Source of the DNA: a virus
Lineage: Duplodnaviria; Heunggongvirae; Uroviricota; Caudoviricetes
Virus record (IMG/VR): IMGVR_UViG_3300011008_000003
DNA: 64,000 nt
Strand: one strand, 5' to 3'
The notes under the pieces were generated by a model, which saw nothing but the letters and a program-made list of their open reading frames with translations, had not been told where the DNA came from and did no database searches. Positions 27,516-37,890 of the stretch are shown here, in pieces. Within the stretch, counting starts at the first letter, position 1, and each line of letters begins with the position of its first letter. The position numbers and the translations under genes are program-made.

Positions 27516-29573
27516 TTAACGATGTTTTCTGACTTTTTTCGTTTCTTCTTTATTCAATTCTGAATTTCCACGAAGACCCTGCTTGACAGCGGCGAGAAGC
27601 TGGCGAGCATCATCCGGAGTACCTTCCATCTTTGCAGCAGTTACGTCGAGCATACCGTGAGAATATGCAGAAAGTGAATTGATGTATTCTTCCGTAATGA
27701 TGTTATCGACGGAAACACCCTTACGAGCGGCTTCTTTTTCAGCTTCTGTACGGATTGCGATACCGAAGAGATATGCGGCATTGAGGTTTTCATCAGTAAT
27801 CGCTTCAGAATACATATTTTTGATTTTTATATCAGTATAAGAACCGTCAGAAGTTTTAGCTTCCTTAGTGCCGTTAACACCGTATTCGTAGTTCATCACG
27901 AGTTGCTTGTCGCCTTCCATAGTTTCAGAAGTATATTGCTGACCTTTACGCTTATCGAATTCTTCCTTAGAAATTTCGATATAGTCGACGCCTTTCTTAC
28001 CGGAACCTGCCTGGCGTACATAATACTTACCGTCTTCAGATTCGACGACGGCGACAGCACCGACAAGTTCGAGTGCGACAGGCTTAGTGGGATTTTCGTT
28101 ATTTTTATTAGATTTCGTACCCTTAGCAGCAGCGCTTTTGTTACCGTTATAGAGACGGTCAGTGTCGAATACGATACTACCCTTTTCATCACCTGTACCG
28201 GTAACACCCTGAGAAGCAGAGTTAGTGACAGTAGTACCCATGCTCATACGTGTAGCAGCTTCATTATGGAATACGAAACTAGTCGGAAGTTCAAATGTAA
28301 CGGCGTCGTGCTTATTGTCTTCGACAAATACAATCTTGTTATTACCGACTGTCTTGACGTCAGTAACAGTAATAGAGTTACCGGCACCGTCTGACATAAC
28401 GTCGCCAGTCTTTGTCTTTTCAATCGGGTTGACTTTTTTCTTGCCAGGAGCAGAAGAAGCACCAATCTGGTTGATTGTGTTATATTCTTTTTCGAGTTCG
28501 TCGTATTTCTTGTCGTATACTCCGAGAGCGGCAGTAAACTCGTCGATAACTTTTTCGTCAGCGCCTATTTGTCTCAGGTTTGCAGCTATTGCATCGATTT
28601 CATCTTTGGACAAACCGTCTTCTGCTGTTACATTATCAAGATATTTAGCGATAAATAAGCCCTTATCAGCATTAAATTCTTCGTAAGCAGTTTCGCGTTT
28701 TTTACCCTTATTTCTCTTTGTATATTCATCGATAGCTGCTTGTGCCAACTGCTGTTTACCCTCATCAGAAAGGGAATTGAACATGTTATTATATTGGTCA
28801 GAAACAATCTGTTTTTCAGCGGCTCTAATATCAGCTTGTTCTTCTCTGATTTCTTGCTTACGCTTTTCATTTTTCGGATTTTTCTTAAATCCACCAAGTC
28901 TAGGAGCAGCCTTGATTTCCTGGTCTACAAGGTTTTCAGCATTCTTACCACCGGTAAGATGTTGAGTATAATCGTCTGCATCCATGACATCCTGTATGAA
29001 ACCTTCGCCGTCATGGTTGAGATTAATTTTATCATCAATCTTCTCATTACTAAGTGGTTCATCGTAGACATACAGAACATAGAAATCTGCAGAAATTTCT
29101 ACAGGACTACCGTAGCCGTTATTATTAAATGACGGATTTTCAAAAGATTTTAAGGTAGCTATGTAATGTTTTCTATCAACGACGTTATGCATCGTTTCAT
29201 CGAATTGAGTAACTTCAATGTTTATAAGATTAGAAACAGAACTTCTCATGTAAGCAATTTGCCCGTAACAATCACAGAGAAATCTATATACTTCCATATT
29301 ATCTGTTTCTTCAAATGTGATACTCATTTCAGTATCACCGAACTTAAATACAGGAATTACAAATTGAGTATTACCGTAATATTTCTTTGCTTCAGTATCT
29401 AGTTTAAATGTAGGCTGTGTTATTTTCTTGATAGTAAATGAACGACGTTCATAGCCACCGTCGCTTTCTCTATTATTATCTAAGTAGTTGTACGGCCAAA
29501 TATCGCAATTAAACCTATAGGTTATATGCGGTTTGACAGAACTTAGATAGTTATAGACATTTACTAACGGCAT
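27516..29573 (-). CDS. Tail tube/initiator-like domain fused to a long C-terminal extension (685 aa)
   Basis: N-terminal ~175 aa YRFNCDI...KKITQPTFKL...YYGNTQFVIPV..GDTEMSITFEETDN has the tube fold; the rest is coiled and beta-rich. Confidence 0.6.
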   Translation of the reverse strand: MPLVNVYNYLSSVKPHITYRFNCDIWPYNYLDNNRESDGGYERRSFTIKKITQPTFKLDTEAKKYYGNTQFVIPVFKFGDTEMSITFEETDNMEVYRFLCDCYGQIAYMRSSVSNLINIEVTQFDETMHNVVDRKHYIATLKSFENPSFNNNGYGSPVEISADFYVLYVYDEPLSNEKIDDKINLNHDGEGFIQDVMDADDYTQHLTGGKNAENLVDQEIKAAPRLGGFKKNPKNEKRKQEIREEQADIRAAEKQIVSDQYNNMFNSLSDEGKQQLAQAAIDEYTKRNKGKKRETAYEEFNADKGLFIAKYLDNVTAEDGLSKDEIDAIAANLRQIGADEKVIDEFTAALGVYDKKYDELEKEYNTINQIGASSAPGKKKVNPIEKTKTGDVMSDGAGNSITVTDVKTVGNNKIVFVEDNKHDAVTFELPTSFVFHNEAATRMSMGTTVTNSASQGVTGTGDEKGSIVFDTDRLYNGNKSAAAKGTKSNKNNENPTKPVALELVGAVAVVESEDGKYYVRQAGSGKKGVDYIEISKEEFDKRKGQQYTSETMEGDKQLVMNYEYGVNGTKEAKTSDGSYTDIKIKNMYSEAITDENLNAAYLFGIAIRTEAEKEAARKGVSVDNIITEEYINSLSAYSHGMLDVTAAKMEGTPDDARQLLAAVKQGLRGNSELNKEETKKVRKHR

Positions 29574-29576
29574 ACA

Positions 29577-30458
29577 TTACCAGCCTTCGAATGGGTCATA
29601 ATATTGTGGGTTTTCTACCTTGGTTTCTTGTGATACATATTCTTCATGAGTTCTAACGTTATCGGTAGGTTCGATAACGGAAGGATCCTTTTTAGGAAGT
29701 TCACCTTCATCTGTATCTTTCTTTGCGTCAGTATTTGTCTGAAGCATATCCTTTTCCGGACCAACTGTACTGGTCGGAATATTCTTTTCGTCATTAGTCA
29801 AGTCAAGGTTGAAAGTTTCACCAAGTTCTTCATAATGACGAAGTTCTTCCATCTTATCAGGATTGACGTTTTCTTCGTCGACGTTATCAGTATTGTTGTG
29901 CCAGACACGGAGAATAAAAGTATATGTGGTAGGAACACTAAGGAAACTTGTATTTTCTGCAAATTCCTTAACGTTTACAATCTCATAGAAAGTATCTGAA
30001 TATTCGATGTATACAATATCGCCAATTCTAGGCTCAATCGGCTCATAGATGTCTTGAAGGTCAGGATAGCTGAGCTGACTTGCATCGTAAAAATGCTGGA
30101 TTGTGCACTGACAGGTTATGAGTTCAGTATAAATCATTCCCTGCAGGTTATAGCTTTTCTGCATCTGCGGAATACTGTCAGTATACATCTTGAGGATAAA
30201 TCTACGAACGACATTAGGAATATTGTCTTCACCGAAGAGAATATCTTTCTTCGTATTCATATCCCTTACGTAATATTGTACCTGAAAACCGAAATTTGAG
30301 TATGCTTCAGAAGTAAGTTCAGAAATCAAAGCAGTTTCTGCCTTATAACAGTCATTATTCTGACCGTCGAAATATTTAGGCGCAGTCCAGTCTTTTCCTT
30401 CGACAGAACAGCCTGCCCCGGTAAACAATTTTGTGAATTCTGCAGCATAGTCAGCCAT
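29577..30458 (-). CDS. 14: Neck protein (T4 gp14-like)
   Basis: ISELTSEAYSNFGFQVQYYVR....DILFGED...F.LKMY and PRIGDIVY....FYEIVNV. Confidence 0.85.
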   Translation of the reverse strand: MADYAAEFTKLFTGAGCSVEGKDWTAPKYFDGQNNDCYKAETALISELTSEAYSNFGFQVQYYVRDMNTKKDILFGEDNIPNVVRRFILKMYTDSIPQMQKSYNLQGMIYTELITCQCTIQHFYDASQLSYPDLQDIYEPIEPRIGDIVYIEYSDTFYEIVNVKEFAENTSFLSVPTTYTFILRVWHNNTDNVDEENVNPDKMEELRHYEELGETFNLDLTNDEKNIPTSTVGPEKDMLQTNTDAKKDTDEGELPKKDPSVIEPTDNVRTHEEYVSQETKVENPQYYDPFEGW

Positions 30459-30461
30459 AAC

Positions 30462-30475
30462 TTATTTATAAATAA
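30462..30475. promoter_or_regulatory. Palindromic bidirectional late promoter TTATTTATAAATAA
   Basis: Perfect palindrome between divergent genes 30458 and 30493. Confidence 0.8.
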
Positions 30476-30492
30476 TTAAAAGGACAGAATTA

Positions 30493-30975
30493 ATGCAGTT
30501 AGATGAAGCAAAGAAAATTTTGGAAGATGCTGGCTATACAGTAATTAATGAAGGTAAAGTTACTCGATTTATTGCTGGATTGGCACTTGCAGCAGGTCTT
30601 TTAACACAGGCACAAGCAAAGGAATTTAATGCTCGTGCTAATTCAGATTATAGTAGCAAGGCAACTACGTCAATTTTTGCAAAAGATATTCAGAAGAGCT
30701 ATAATATGGATTCAAATGTCAATATTACAGCGAACATGGTACAGGCTATTGCAGACCAGGCTTCTAAGAAATTGACTGATAAGATGTTAGCCAATAATCT
30801 TTATGACCTTGATGACATGCTTAAGCTTAATGAATTTAAACAGATTATTGAATTCTATAAACAACTTAAGAGTGCAGATGAAAACCTGGCGAATATGTTC
30901 TCTCGCCGCCTTGATAAGTCGTTAACTAAGTCATTAAGTATCGCTCCGAATATTCAACGATACGCTGGAGTATAA
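30493..30975 (+). CDS. Hypothetical protein with shared LxEA..GY leader and internal signal-peptide-like segment
   Basis: MQLDEAKKILEDAGYTVINE then GKVTRFIAGLALAAGLLTQAQA. Confidence 0.75.
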   Translation: MQLDEAKKILEDAGYTVINEGKVTRFIAGLALAAGLLTQAQAKEFNARANSDYSSKATTSIFAKDIQKSYNMDSNVNITANMVQAIADQASKKLTDKMLANNLYDLDDMLKLNEFKQIIEFYKQLKSADENLANMFSRRLDKSLTKSLSIAPNIQRYAGV

Positions 30976-30979
30976 AAAT

Positions 30980-31006
30980 AAATCCTGGTTTAAAACCAGG
31001 ATTTTT
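30980..31006. terminator. Bidirectional intrinsic terminator
   Basis: AAATCCTGGTT-TAA-AACCAGGATTT between convergent genes. Confidence 0.75.
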
Positions 31007-31009
31007 AAT

Positions 31010-31486
31010 TTACATTTTACCGAGTAGTTCAAGTACGTCTTCTTTGGTTTGTTGAGGAGATTCGTACTTTACGATTTGACCACCTGCATCAGCAAAAGCG
31101 TCGCAGTTCTTTCTGAAATCATCGATAAGTAATGCCGAAGGTTCGGCATAATAAGCTTTTTCCTTGCCAAGATTTACGACAATCATGTGGTGTTTGTCTA
31201 ATCCGATATTTTTCTTCAACCAGTTCATTCTACCGATTTTTCCGTCAGAATAATTAACAGAAGTGAGAATGAAAAGGTCAAGATTTTCCTGTGCACAAAG
31301 ATTCTTTACCCATTCGTAAAGTTCTTTTCCCTCAGGAAGCCATTCCATATTTTCCCAAAATTCAGGTGAGTTCTGGTGAATAATTTCCCAGTCAACTGTA
31401 TTACCGTTAATACAGTTGTATTTTTCACATTCACCTCTAAAATTGGCCAGAACACCATCAACATCCAAGTATATCTTGTCAATCAT
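31010..31486 (-). CDS. HAD-family 5'(3')-deoxyribonucleotidase (NT5C-like)
   Basis: IYLDVDGVLANF, FWENMEWLP, FILTS, LLIDDFRKNC. Confidence 0.85.
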   Translation of the reverse strand: MIDKIYLDVDGVLANFRGECEKYNCINGNTVDWEIIHQNSPEFWENMEWLPEGKELYEWVKNLCAQENLDLFILTSVNYSDGKIGRMNWLKKNIGLDKHHMIVVNLGKEKAYYAEPSALLIDDFRKNCDAFADAGGQIVKYESPQQTKEDVLELLGKM

Positions 31487-31562
31487 TATCTAAATCCTTT
31501 TAGTCAAATAAAATATAGCAAATTTTTTGAAAAACTGTTATAGAATTTATTTTACACCATAA

Positions 31563-32237
31563 TTATTTATAGATAAAATCAGAAAGGATAAGTCCACAAG
31601 GATGTTCTTTGGTCTTAGTAAGGAAGCATTCCTGGATATACTTTTCCTGGTTTGCCATAATTTCGATATTGTTCTTGATTCTGAGTTCTTTTCTAAGGAA
31701 TTCACAGATAGCAAAGGCGTCTATAATATCAGAAGTAGGAGAATTACCAGCTTTTCCATTAGTTACTGCTGGCAGGTCAGAAAGGTCAGGTTTGACACCC
31801 TGCCACTTATTGAAAGCATCTCTCATTCCGATTTTATCAGCCGAGCCATAACCAGCAAAGAATTTCTTATTCTGGTTAGGTGTATAGAATTTCAGTTTAC
31901 AACCATGCCTGAACAGGCTAAGTTTTATATTTCCTTCGAATTCTGCAAGGCTGAAAATCATGCCGGATGCACCAGACATAGAATAAGCATAGTCTTCGAC
32001 CCCGATATAATCACAGTCTTTGCACCACCAGATTATATTGTCACAGAAAAACTGATAACGTTCGTAGTCATTCTTAAATTGTGTCGTTTTATAATAAATG
32101 ATATTGTCGGCACTGTTCTTTAAAACTTTAGTAAAACCATGCCGTTCAACTTTAGTGACGTTAAAATTATCGTCAAGTTCTTCAATAATTACACCCGAAG
32201 AGCTAATAGAAAGGTCAAGTCCTGCAATCTTAATCAT
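31563..32237 (-). CDS. RuvC-like Holliday junction resolvase
   Basis: IAGLDLSISSSGV, IGVEDY, ADKIGM, DIIDAFAI acidic catalytic motifs. Confidence 0.8.
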   Translation of the reverse strand: MIKIAGLDLSISSSGVIIEELDDNFNVTKVERHGFTKVLKNSADNIIYYKTTQFKNDYERYQFFCDNIIWWCKDCDYIGVEDYAYSMSGASGMIFSLAEFEGNIKLSLFRHGCKLKFYTPNQNKKFFAGYGSADKIGMRDAFNKWQGVKPDLSDLPAVTNGKAGNSPTSDIIDAFAICEFLRKELRIKNNIEIMANQEKYIQECFLTKTKEHPCGLILSDFIYK

Positions 32238-32247
32238 AAATATATTT

Positions 32248-33498
32248 ATGGCAGCAATAGTCGGATATGAATATAATTTCGCAAAACAGCGAATACAAAA
32301 ATACAGTGATGTAAATAGTACTCCAGTTAAACCTGATGAAAGTAGTAGCAGTACCGAATCTACGGAAGAACAATCCGAAAAAGAGAAGCTAATAGCAGAA
32401 GGTGGTTGGCAGACCCCACAAGAGTATTATGCTAATGCAACTTCTTCGGGCGGTAATAGTAGTTCCGGAGAAGGTGAAAAACAATACAAAGTTGTATCTG
32501 AAAAACTTAATTATTTTTGGATTGAAGATTTAAAGAACTGGGGAGTATATTTTATTGGCAATTTTGAAAATTGTTTCTGTAACTATTTCCATTTATGCTT
32601 ATGGAATGGTAAAGATAATTGGATTCCGATTATTCCTCCTGGCAATGTTGAAAAGGCATTATATCCGAAAAATCTTCTTACACTTCAATTAAATAAAGAC
32701 GATTATAGAATATCGAATTTACAGAATAAATTCTTGGAAAATGACGTAATAGATCCAGTTATTCAACATAGAGGACTTGTTCAGGCAATTCATTCATCGA
32801 ATTCTGATGGAACATCGATATATACGAATCCTACATTTTACAAGACCGATTTGTATCTTCAGGTTGTCCATGCGATAAAGCTTAAGAAACAAGTCAAGTA
32901 TGGAATTAATGATACGAATAATTTCAAGACTATTGCATATAGTACCAACTATATTGATATGATTAAACCTGCACATGTTGGATATTTTGCACAGAGTAAT
33001 TTTAGAGCTCCGGTATTGATTGGCGCTCCTCCAGTCTGGCGTTCTTCTACTGGTGAAGTAACATTATGTACGATATTACAGTGGAACGTTGATAACGGCC
33101 ATGCATATTATTACAAGAAAATAAAGGAAGATAAGGGTTTTAGAAAATATTATAATCCAGATATTTGTAGTAGTAATGGTACTGTTGCAACTAATAAAAT
33201 TATGTCAAGCGATGTTATTGCTAGTATGAACTGGTTAAATGCCCGTTGTGCTAAGTTTTTTGGAAATGGAAACAATAAAACTATAGAATATGACTGGCTT
33301 CAGGAATATAATACGACTGTAGATAAGTCAGAATATAGTAATAGTAGCGGTAAACCGAGCAGCATGTTAAATAGCGAATTGGTGTTCGAACAGCACAATA
33401 TAAATAAAGAAAATTCGTTGAGATGCGGCTTTAAGATAAATCGACCCGTTGTGACGACAACCGAACGTAATGAACAAGAATACGCTAAAAAGTGGTAA
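32248..33498 (+). CDS. Hypothetical protein (likely start 32248, MAAIVGY...)
   Basis: The ORF-track extension to 32098 is antisense to ruvC; coding-like composition begins at ATG 32248. Confidence 0.75.
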   Translation: MAAIVGYEYNFAKQRIQKYSDVNSTPVKPDESSSSTESTEEQSEKEKLIAEGGWQTPQEYYANATSSGGNSSSGEGEKQYKVVSEKLNYFWIEDLKNWGVYFIGNFENCFCNYFHLCLWNGKDNWIPIIPPGNVEKALYPKNLLTLQLNKDDYRISNLQNKFLENDVIDPVIQHRGLVQAIHSSNSDGTSIYTNPTFYKTDLYLQVVHAIKLKKQVKYGINDTNNFKTIAYSTNYIDMIKPAHVGYFAQSNFRAPVLIGAPPVWRSSTGEVTLCTILQWNVDNGHAYYYKKIKEDKGFRKYYNPDICSSNGTVATNKIMSSDVIASMNWLNARCAKFFGNGNNKTIEYDWLQEYNTTVDKSEYSNSSGKPSSMLNSELVFEQHNINKENSLRCGFKINRPVVTTTERNEQEYAKKW

Positions 33499-33501
33499 AT
33501 A

Positions 33502-36500
33502 ATGGAATCTTTTGTTTTCAATAGTTTTAAAGAAAGATTAATGCGTGGTGACGTTAAGTTGAGTGATGTATGGTATCATTACCCAGTTAATAAAAAGTTC
33601 GCTGAAGCATATGAAAATGATATTAAATCCTTGTCATCTACTTCTGCATTTATAATGTATGACATGGCTAATAATAATGCCAGTTATTATAAGACTACAA
33701 CTGATAATGATAAGTTGTTTACAGACTGGTATAATTATTACGGTACACAGATAAATAAGGTCACTTATACCTATAAGCCGATGGATGAAGAAGACTTAGC
33801 GATGAAACCTGAATTTGTTACTAAGGACGGTTGGGATAGTTTTAGTGATAAGGAAAAGTGTCCGTATTTGTATAATTTTTTCTTCTATGATACTACATCT
33901 ATATTTTATCGAGAAACTAACTTAACAGATACTGAAGGTCATAAAAAGCCTAGGGGTTTTTATTATGTCAAGACGAAAGAAGAATTACTTTGGTGTGCAC
34001 AGAAGGTCAATGGTTCTTCTTACGATAATGAGATAAATATTGTCCTTGGTGACAATATCGGATATGAATCTAACTATTCGAATATTAAGACTCCGATTGG
34101 TATAAATCCATCTCAGCCGTTTAACGGAATATTGTTCGGTAATGGTTTTGGTTTTATGAAAATCAGGATGAACTGTGAAAATGATGTTAACGGTATAGTC
34201 GGTTATCTTGGAAAGAATGGTATTATTGACCATCTCTGGGTAAAAGACTGTATGATGTTATGTAAGAAAAATATTTCTTTGACCCATCTGACTACTGGTA
34301 GTTTTGATGTTGTTGCAGGTTTTGTTTGTGGTAAGAATAATGGTGGTCGTATTCAATATGTGTATGTAGCAGACAAGATGGTAGTTAATAACTTCGTGCC
34401 GAAGATGTATAGCGTAGCGAATAAAACAGATATTAATACGGATAGCGAAGCTTTAACTAATCCTGCTGGTAACGTTTTCTATCCAGACTATCTTTGTTAT
34501 AATTCTGTCGGTAATATTATTCCGTATGTTGGATATTTCAATGAAGGTGTTTTCGCAACGTATTCTGGCTGGTCTAAGGCTACTGAGACCATGTACACGT
34601 ATTGGAATACCAAGGGAATGTATGATGGTTATATTATAAAGGAAAATAAAGGAAATACTTCTCCGAAAGAATGGTATTATTGGAATGGTGTTGAATATAA
34701 GAATGAAACTGATAATATCGGTGGATATTTGTTCAGTTATACAGCACCAGCAAATAGGAAAAATATTTTATGGTACGATTCTACGATGATAGAAGAAAGC
34801 TTCAGAATGTATGATGAAGCAGATATGAATTCTGTCGGTATTGGTAAAAACGGAAAAGATTTTGGCCTTGTATTGTTAAAGCAAGCCGGTTATTCTCAGG
34901 AATATCAGGATATTGAATATGCACCGTATTTTAATCAGTCTATTAAAATGAACCAACAGAACCGTGCGGCTTATTATGTATCGCCGGTGGTTGGTGTTAA
35001 TGGTGGTATACTGAATCACGTATATGTTTCTGCAGATATGCAGTTTAGTGGTACGTTTGTTGGTTTTGCTGGCGGTCTTGCCGGTAAGCAGGCAAATGGT
35101 TATATTGCTAACTGTAAGGTAAATTTAAGTGCTTCCGATGTTGTTTCTGGCGGTGAACCGCTTAGAGATTATTTGATTAGTACGGACAATTATGATAATC
35201 AAGCATATAATTATTGTTTTGAAAAGAGAAGTATTAAGAATATTGGCGGTTTATTTGGTTCTATTATTGTCGGTAATAATAGAAGTCTTCAGTTGGAATC
35301 TGTTGATTCATATTTCAGTAATATGATGAACGTTATAAGTGATAACGGTAATACGGTTTATAAGGATTATTACTTCGATAACCGTTTTGCTGGTTTGGCT
35401 GCGATGGTTGAATATAATTCTTCTAATATTGGTGATATTTGGTTCTATAATAGTAGAATCGCTGCAAAATATAAAGCTGGAGAATTTTCTAAGTATGCTC
35501 CTGGCATAGACCCGAATACAATGTATTTGCGTGATATTAATGACTCGACTGGATATTACAGAAGCATTCAGGTATCAAACTGTGATATTAGGTATGCAGA
35601 AAATAAAGATACTCGAATTACAAAGTATACTCCACTGCGTATTGTCGATATTTGTAATAGTGATTTGAACTATAATTATCAATATGGTGTTTCTTCTCCG
35701 ATATTTGGTGAAATAAAGCCGATTTATTTGTCAGTTCCGTCAATTATTACTACTCCTTTCCATAATACGTCTAAACAATATGCTGACAATTCTAGTGTAT
35801 TCTCAGATACTGATACGATTGGTGTTATTGGTATGGACCAGCAGATTGCATGTCCAAGGTCAAATCCTAATTACTGGGCAATAAACACAGAAGTTGATTT
35901 GCCAGGTATTTCTAATGGTGTTGGTCTTTGGGTAACGGATGCAACTAAGGGTGTTGTTGGTTGGAAAGCTGATGGTTATGCCGGTGGTGTTATTGATTGT
36001 CTTAATACAACTTCCGGTGCAAACTTTGATATGGATATTAAGTCTATTGCGAAAATGCTTGCACACTGGAACAATACTTCGATTGGTTCTAATGTTTATA
36101 ATGATTATTTCAAATGTATTAGTGTTCCATATGCAGCAACAATTAGTGAATCTATTGCAGAAGAAATATACATGGATGAACGAAATGCTCTTACGACATC
36201 CGATACAGTTACTAATGAAGAAACATTTGGTAATCAATTCTCGGTTAATGCGAATAATGATACTGAAGGTATAACTTTAAAAACCGGTTATAGAAGAATG
36301 ACGAATGGTATGACTCGTCAGACCGGTTATAGAGCAATTCCGGGCAGTTATAATGGTAACAAGAAATTAACCAGATACCCATATTTTGGTTCTGACCTTT
36401 CTATTATTCCGACTGAAACAGATGGTTATAGCCATCGAGATACATTGAATTTAACTCATGAAGATTTCGATTATGATTTTGTTGAAATAATCTATACGAA

Positions 36501-37890
36501 TGCTCCATATTATGGTGATTATCCTAGTGGTAAGGATGCAGGATGTGGTGTAAAAGATGTCCGAATTAGAATAAAGAAAGAAGCATTTAATTATGCACCA
36601 TTTACCGATAAAGTATTTAGTAATATTACTGAAGCTAATAATTATTATGTAGTACATGCTCGTGCAGATGTAGACTTTCCAAGGATAGGTAAGGAATGGT
36701 CGGCAGCTTGTAATTGGACTGGTGGTGATCTTTCAACTGGAGGTGCATGTAAGCTTGATGACTTTTTTGAAACGAGTAGTAAGGATTCCTTTAATGAGTG
36801 GATAAATACAAATGCATTTGGCGCAAAATATGGTTGGTATTTCTATACTGATTTTGATACTAGAGATCCAAGTACCACAATTTCAATATTCTTGCAAGCA
36901 TTTATTTCATTTGATATGTCACCATATAGTAGGAGAAAAGAATCAGGAGTATCTCCTCCGTTTTTCCCGTTTACTATTGGTTATATTGCAGGTGAAAGTG
37001 ATGGAAGTACAGATGATTATGATGAAGGAACTAAAGATTTTAATTCAAGATGTCGTGCTTATTGTTGTAAACCGTTACCGTTGTCAAAAATTACATCAGT
37101 TAAATTCTATAAAGGCGATATAAATGCCGAATCTGGTTTAACTGAAGTAGTAGTTGATAGAACACTTTATAGTAAGATTCACCCGGAATGGTATACTGAG
37201 TTACAAAATACTGGACTTTTCTTTAATAGTCTTGTAATGTCTTATGGCGGTGATGTTAATGGCGTTACTCAAAACAAAGGCGCTGAACCGGTTAATTATC
37301 CGTCAAGTGCATGGTATGGATATATGTCAGCAGATTCTAACTTTGTAAATATTGCTACCAATGCTTTTGTTGATTCTGGTAATTTGTATAGTACATACTT
37401 CAAGTATACTTACACACGCAATATTGAGAACACTAACAATATAAGCGGTGCTGGTGATTATGAATGGCTTGTCGGTTACGAATATCAAAATGGTCGAGCT
37501 GGTTTCTGGTGTCATAATGATAATGCTAAGTATTCTTCTAGTGCATATAATGATAAGATTGTATATACACCGAATTATATGACTTTTGGTAAAACACTTA
37601 GCGAAGCATGTATTCTTAAATATCTTAACAGAAATGAAACAAATAGAAAGAACGGTTGCAAGGTTGTTGGTTTTTCCGCTGATGATTTCGATGGAATATA
37701 TGTTACAGATAGTGATAGAAATCCAGTAATGTATATTGATGTTGGTATGGGTGAATGTTCTCCTGGTACTTCTTGGTCTTATGAATGTTATCCGAGCACT
37801 ACAGAAAAGTCTGACAGAATGAGTGGTCTATTATTAGAAACTAACCGTGATGATATAATAGATAATACAGAGGAGGATGAAAATGCCTAG
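33502..37890 (+). CDS. Very large (1462 aa) beta-rich protein; putative tail fibre/adhesin with GLUG-like repeats
   Basis: Repeats VNGIVGYLG, VAGFVCGKNNGG.I, VSPVVGVNGG.L, FAGGLAG, NIGGLFG resemble GLUG motifs; Y/N/G rich. Confidence 0.6.
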   Translation: MESFVFNSFKERLMRGDVKLSDVWYHYPVNKKFAEAYENDIKSLSSTSAFIMYDMANNNASYYKTTTDNDKLFTDWYNYYGTQINKVTYTYKPMDEEDLAMKPEFVTKDGWDSFSDKEKCPYLYNFFFYDTTSIFYRETNLTDTEGHKKPRGFYYVKTKEELLWCAQKVNGSSYDNEINIVLGDNIGYESNYSNIKTPIGINPSQPFNGILFGNGFGFMKIRMNCENDVNGIVGYLGKNGIIDHLWVKDCMMLCKKNISLTHLTTGSFDVVAGFVCGKNNGGRIQYVYVADKMVVNNFVPKMYSVANKTDINTDSEALTNPAGNVFYPDYLCYNSVGNIIPYVGYFNEGVFATYSGWSKATETMYTYWNTKGMYDGYIIKENKGNTSPKEWYYWNGVEYKNETDNIGGYLFSYTAPANRKNILWYDSTMIEESFRMYDEADMNSVGIGKNGKDFGLVLLKQAGYSQEYQDIEYAPYFNQSIKMNQQNRAAYYVSPVVGVNGGILNHVYVSADMQFSGTFVGFAGGLAGKQANGYIANCKVNLSASDVVSGGEPLRDYLISTDNYDNQAYNYCFEKRSIKNIGGLFGSIIVGNNRSLQLESVDSYFSNMMNVISDNGNTVYKDYYFDNRFAGLAAMVEYNSSNIGDIWFYNSRIAAKYKAGEFSKYAPGIDPNTMYLRDINDSTGYYRSIQVSNCDIRYAENKDTRITKYTPLRIVDICNSDLNYNYQYGVSSPIFGEIKPIYLSVPSIITTPFHNTSKQYADNSSVFSDTDTIGVIGMDQQIACPRSNPNYWAINTEVDLPGISNGVGLWVTDATKGVVGWKADGYAGGVIDCLNTTSGANFDMDIKSIAKMLAHWNNTSIGSNVYNDYFKCISVPYAATISESIAEEIYMDERNALTTSDTVTNEETFGNQFSVNANNDTEGITLKTGYRRMTNGMTRQTGYRAIPGSYNGNKKLTRYPYFGSDLSIIPTETDGYSHRDTLNLTHEDFDYDFVEIIYTNAPYYGDYPSGKDAGCGVKDVRIRIKKEAFNYAPFTDKVFSNITEANNYYVVHARADVDFPRIGKEWSAACNWTGGDLSTGGACKLDDFFETSSKDSFNEWINTNAFGAKYGWYFYTDFDTRDPSTTISIFLQAFISFDMSPYSRRKESGVSPPFFPFTIGYIAGESDGSTDDYDEGTKDFNSRCRAYCCKPLPLSKITSVKFYKGDINAESGLTEVVVDRTLYSKIHPEWYTELQNTGLFFNSLVMSYGGDVNGVTQNKGAEPVNYPSSAWYGYMSADSNFVNIATNAFVDSGNLYSTYFKYTYTRNIENTNNISGAGDYEWLVGYEYQNGRAGFWCHNDNAKYSSSAYNDKIVYTPNYMTFGKTLSEACILKYLNRNETNRKNGCKVVGFSADDFDGIYVTDSDRNPVMYIDVGMGECSPGTSWSYECYPSTTEKSDRMSGLLLETNRDDIIDNTEEDENA

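Noticed and set aside
32098-32247. N-terminal extension of the 32098-33498 ORF
   Set aside because: It lies antisense to the ruvC start; ATG 32248 fits the promoter pattern better.
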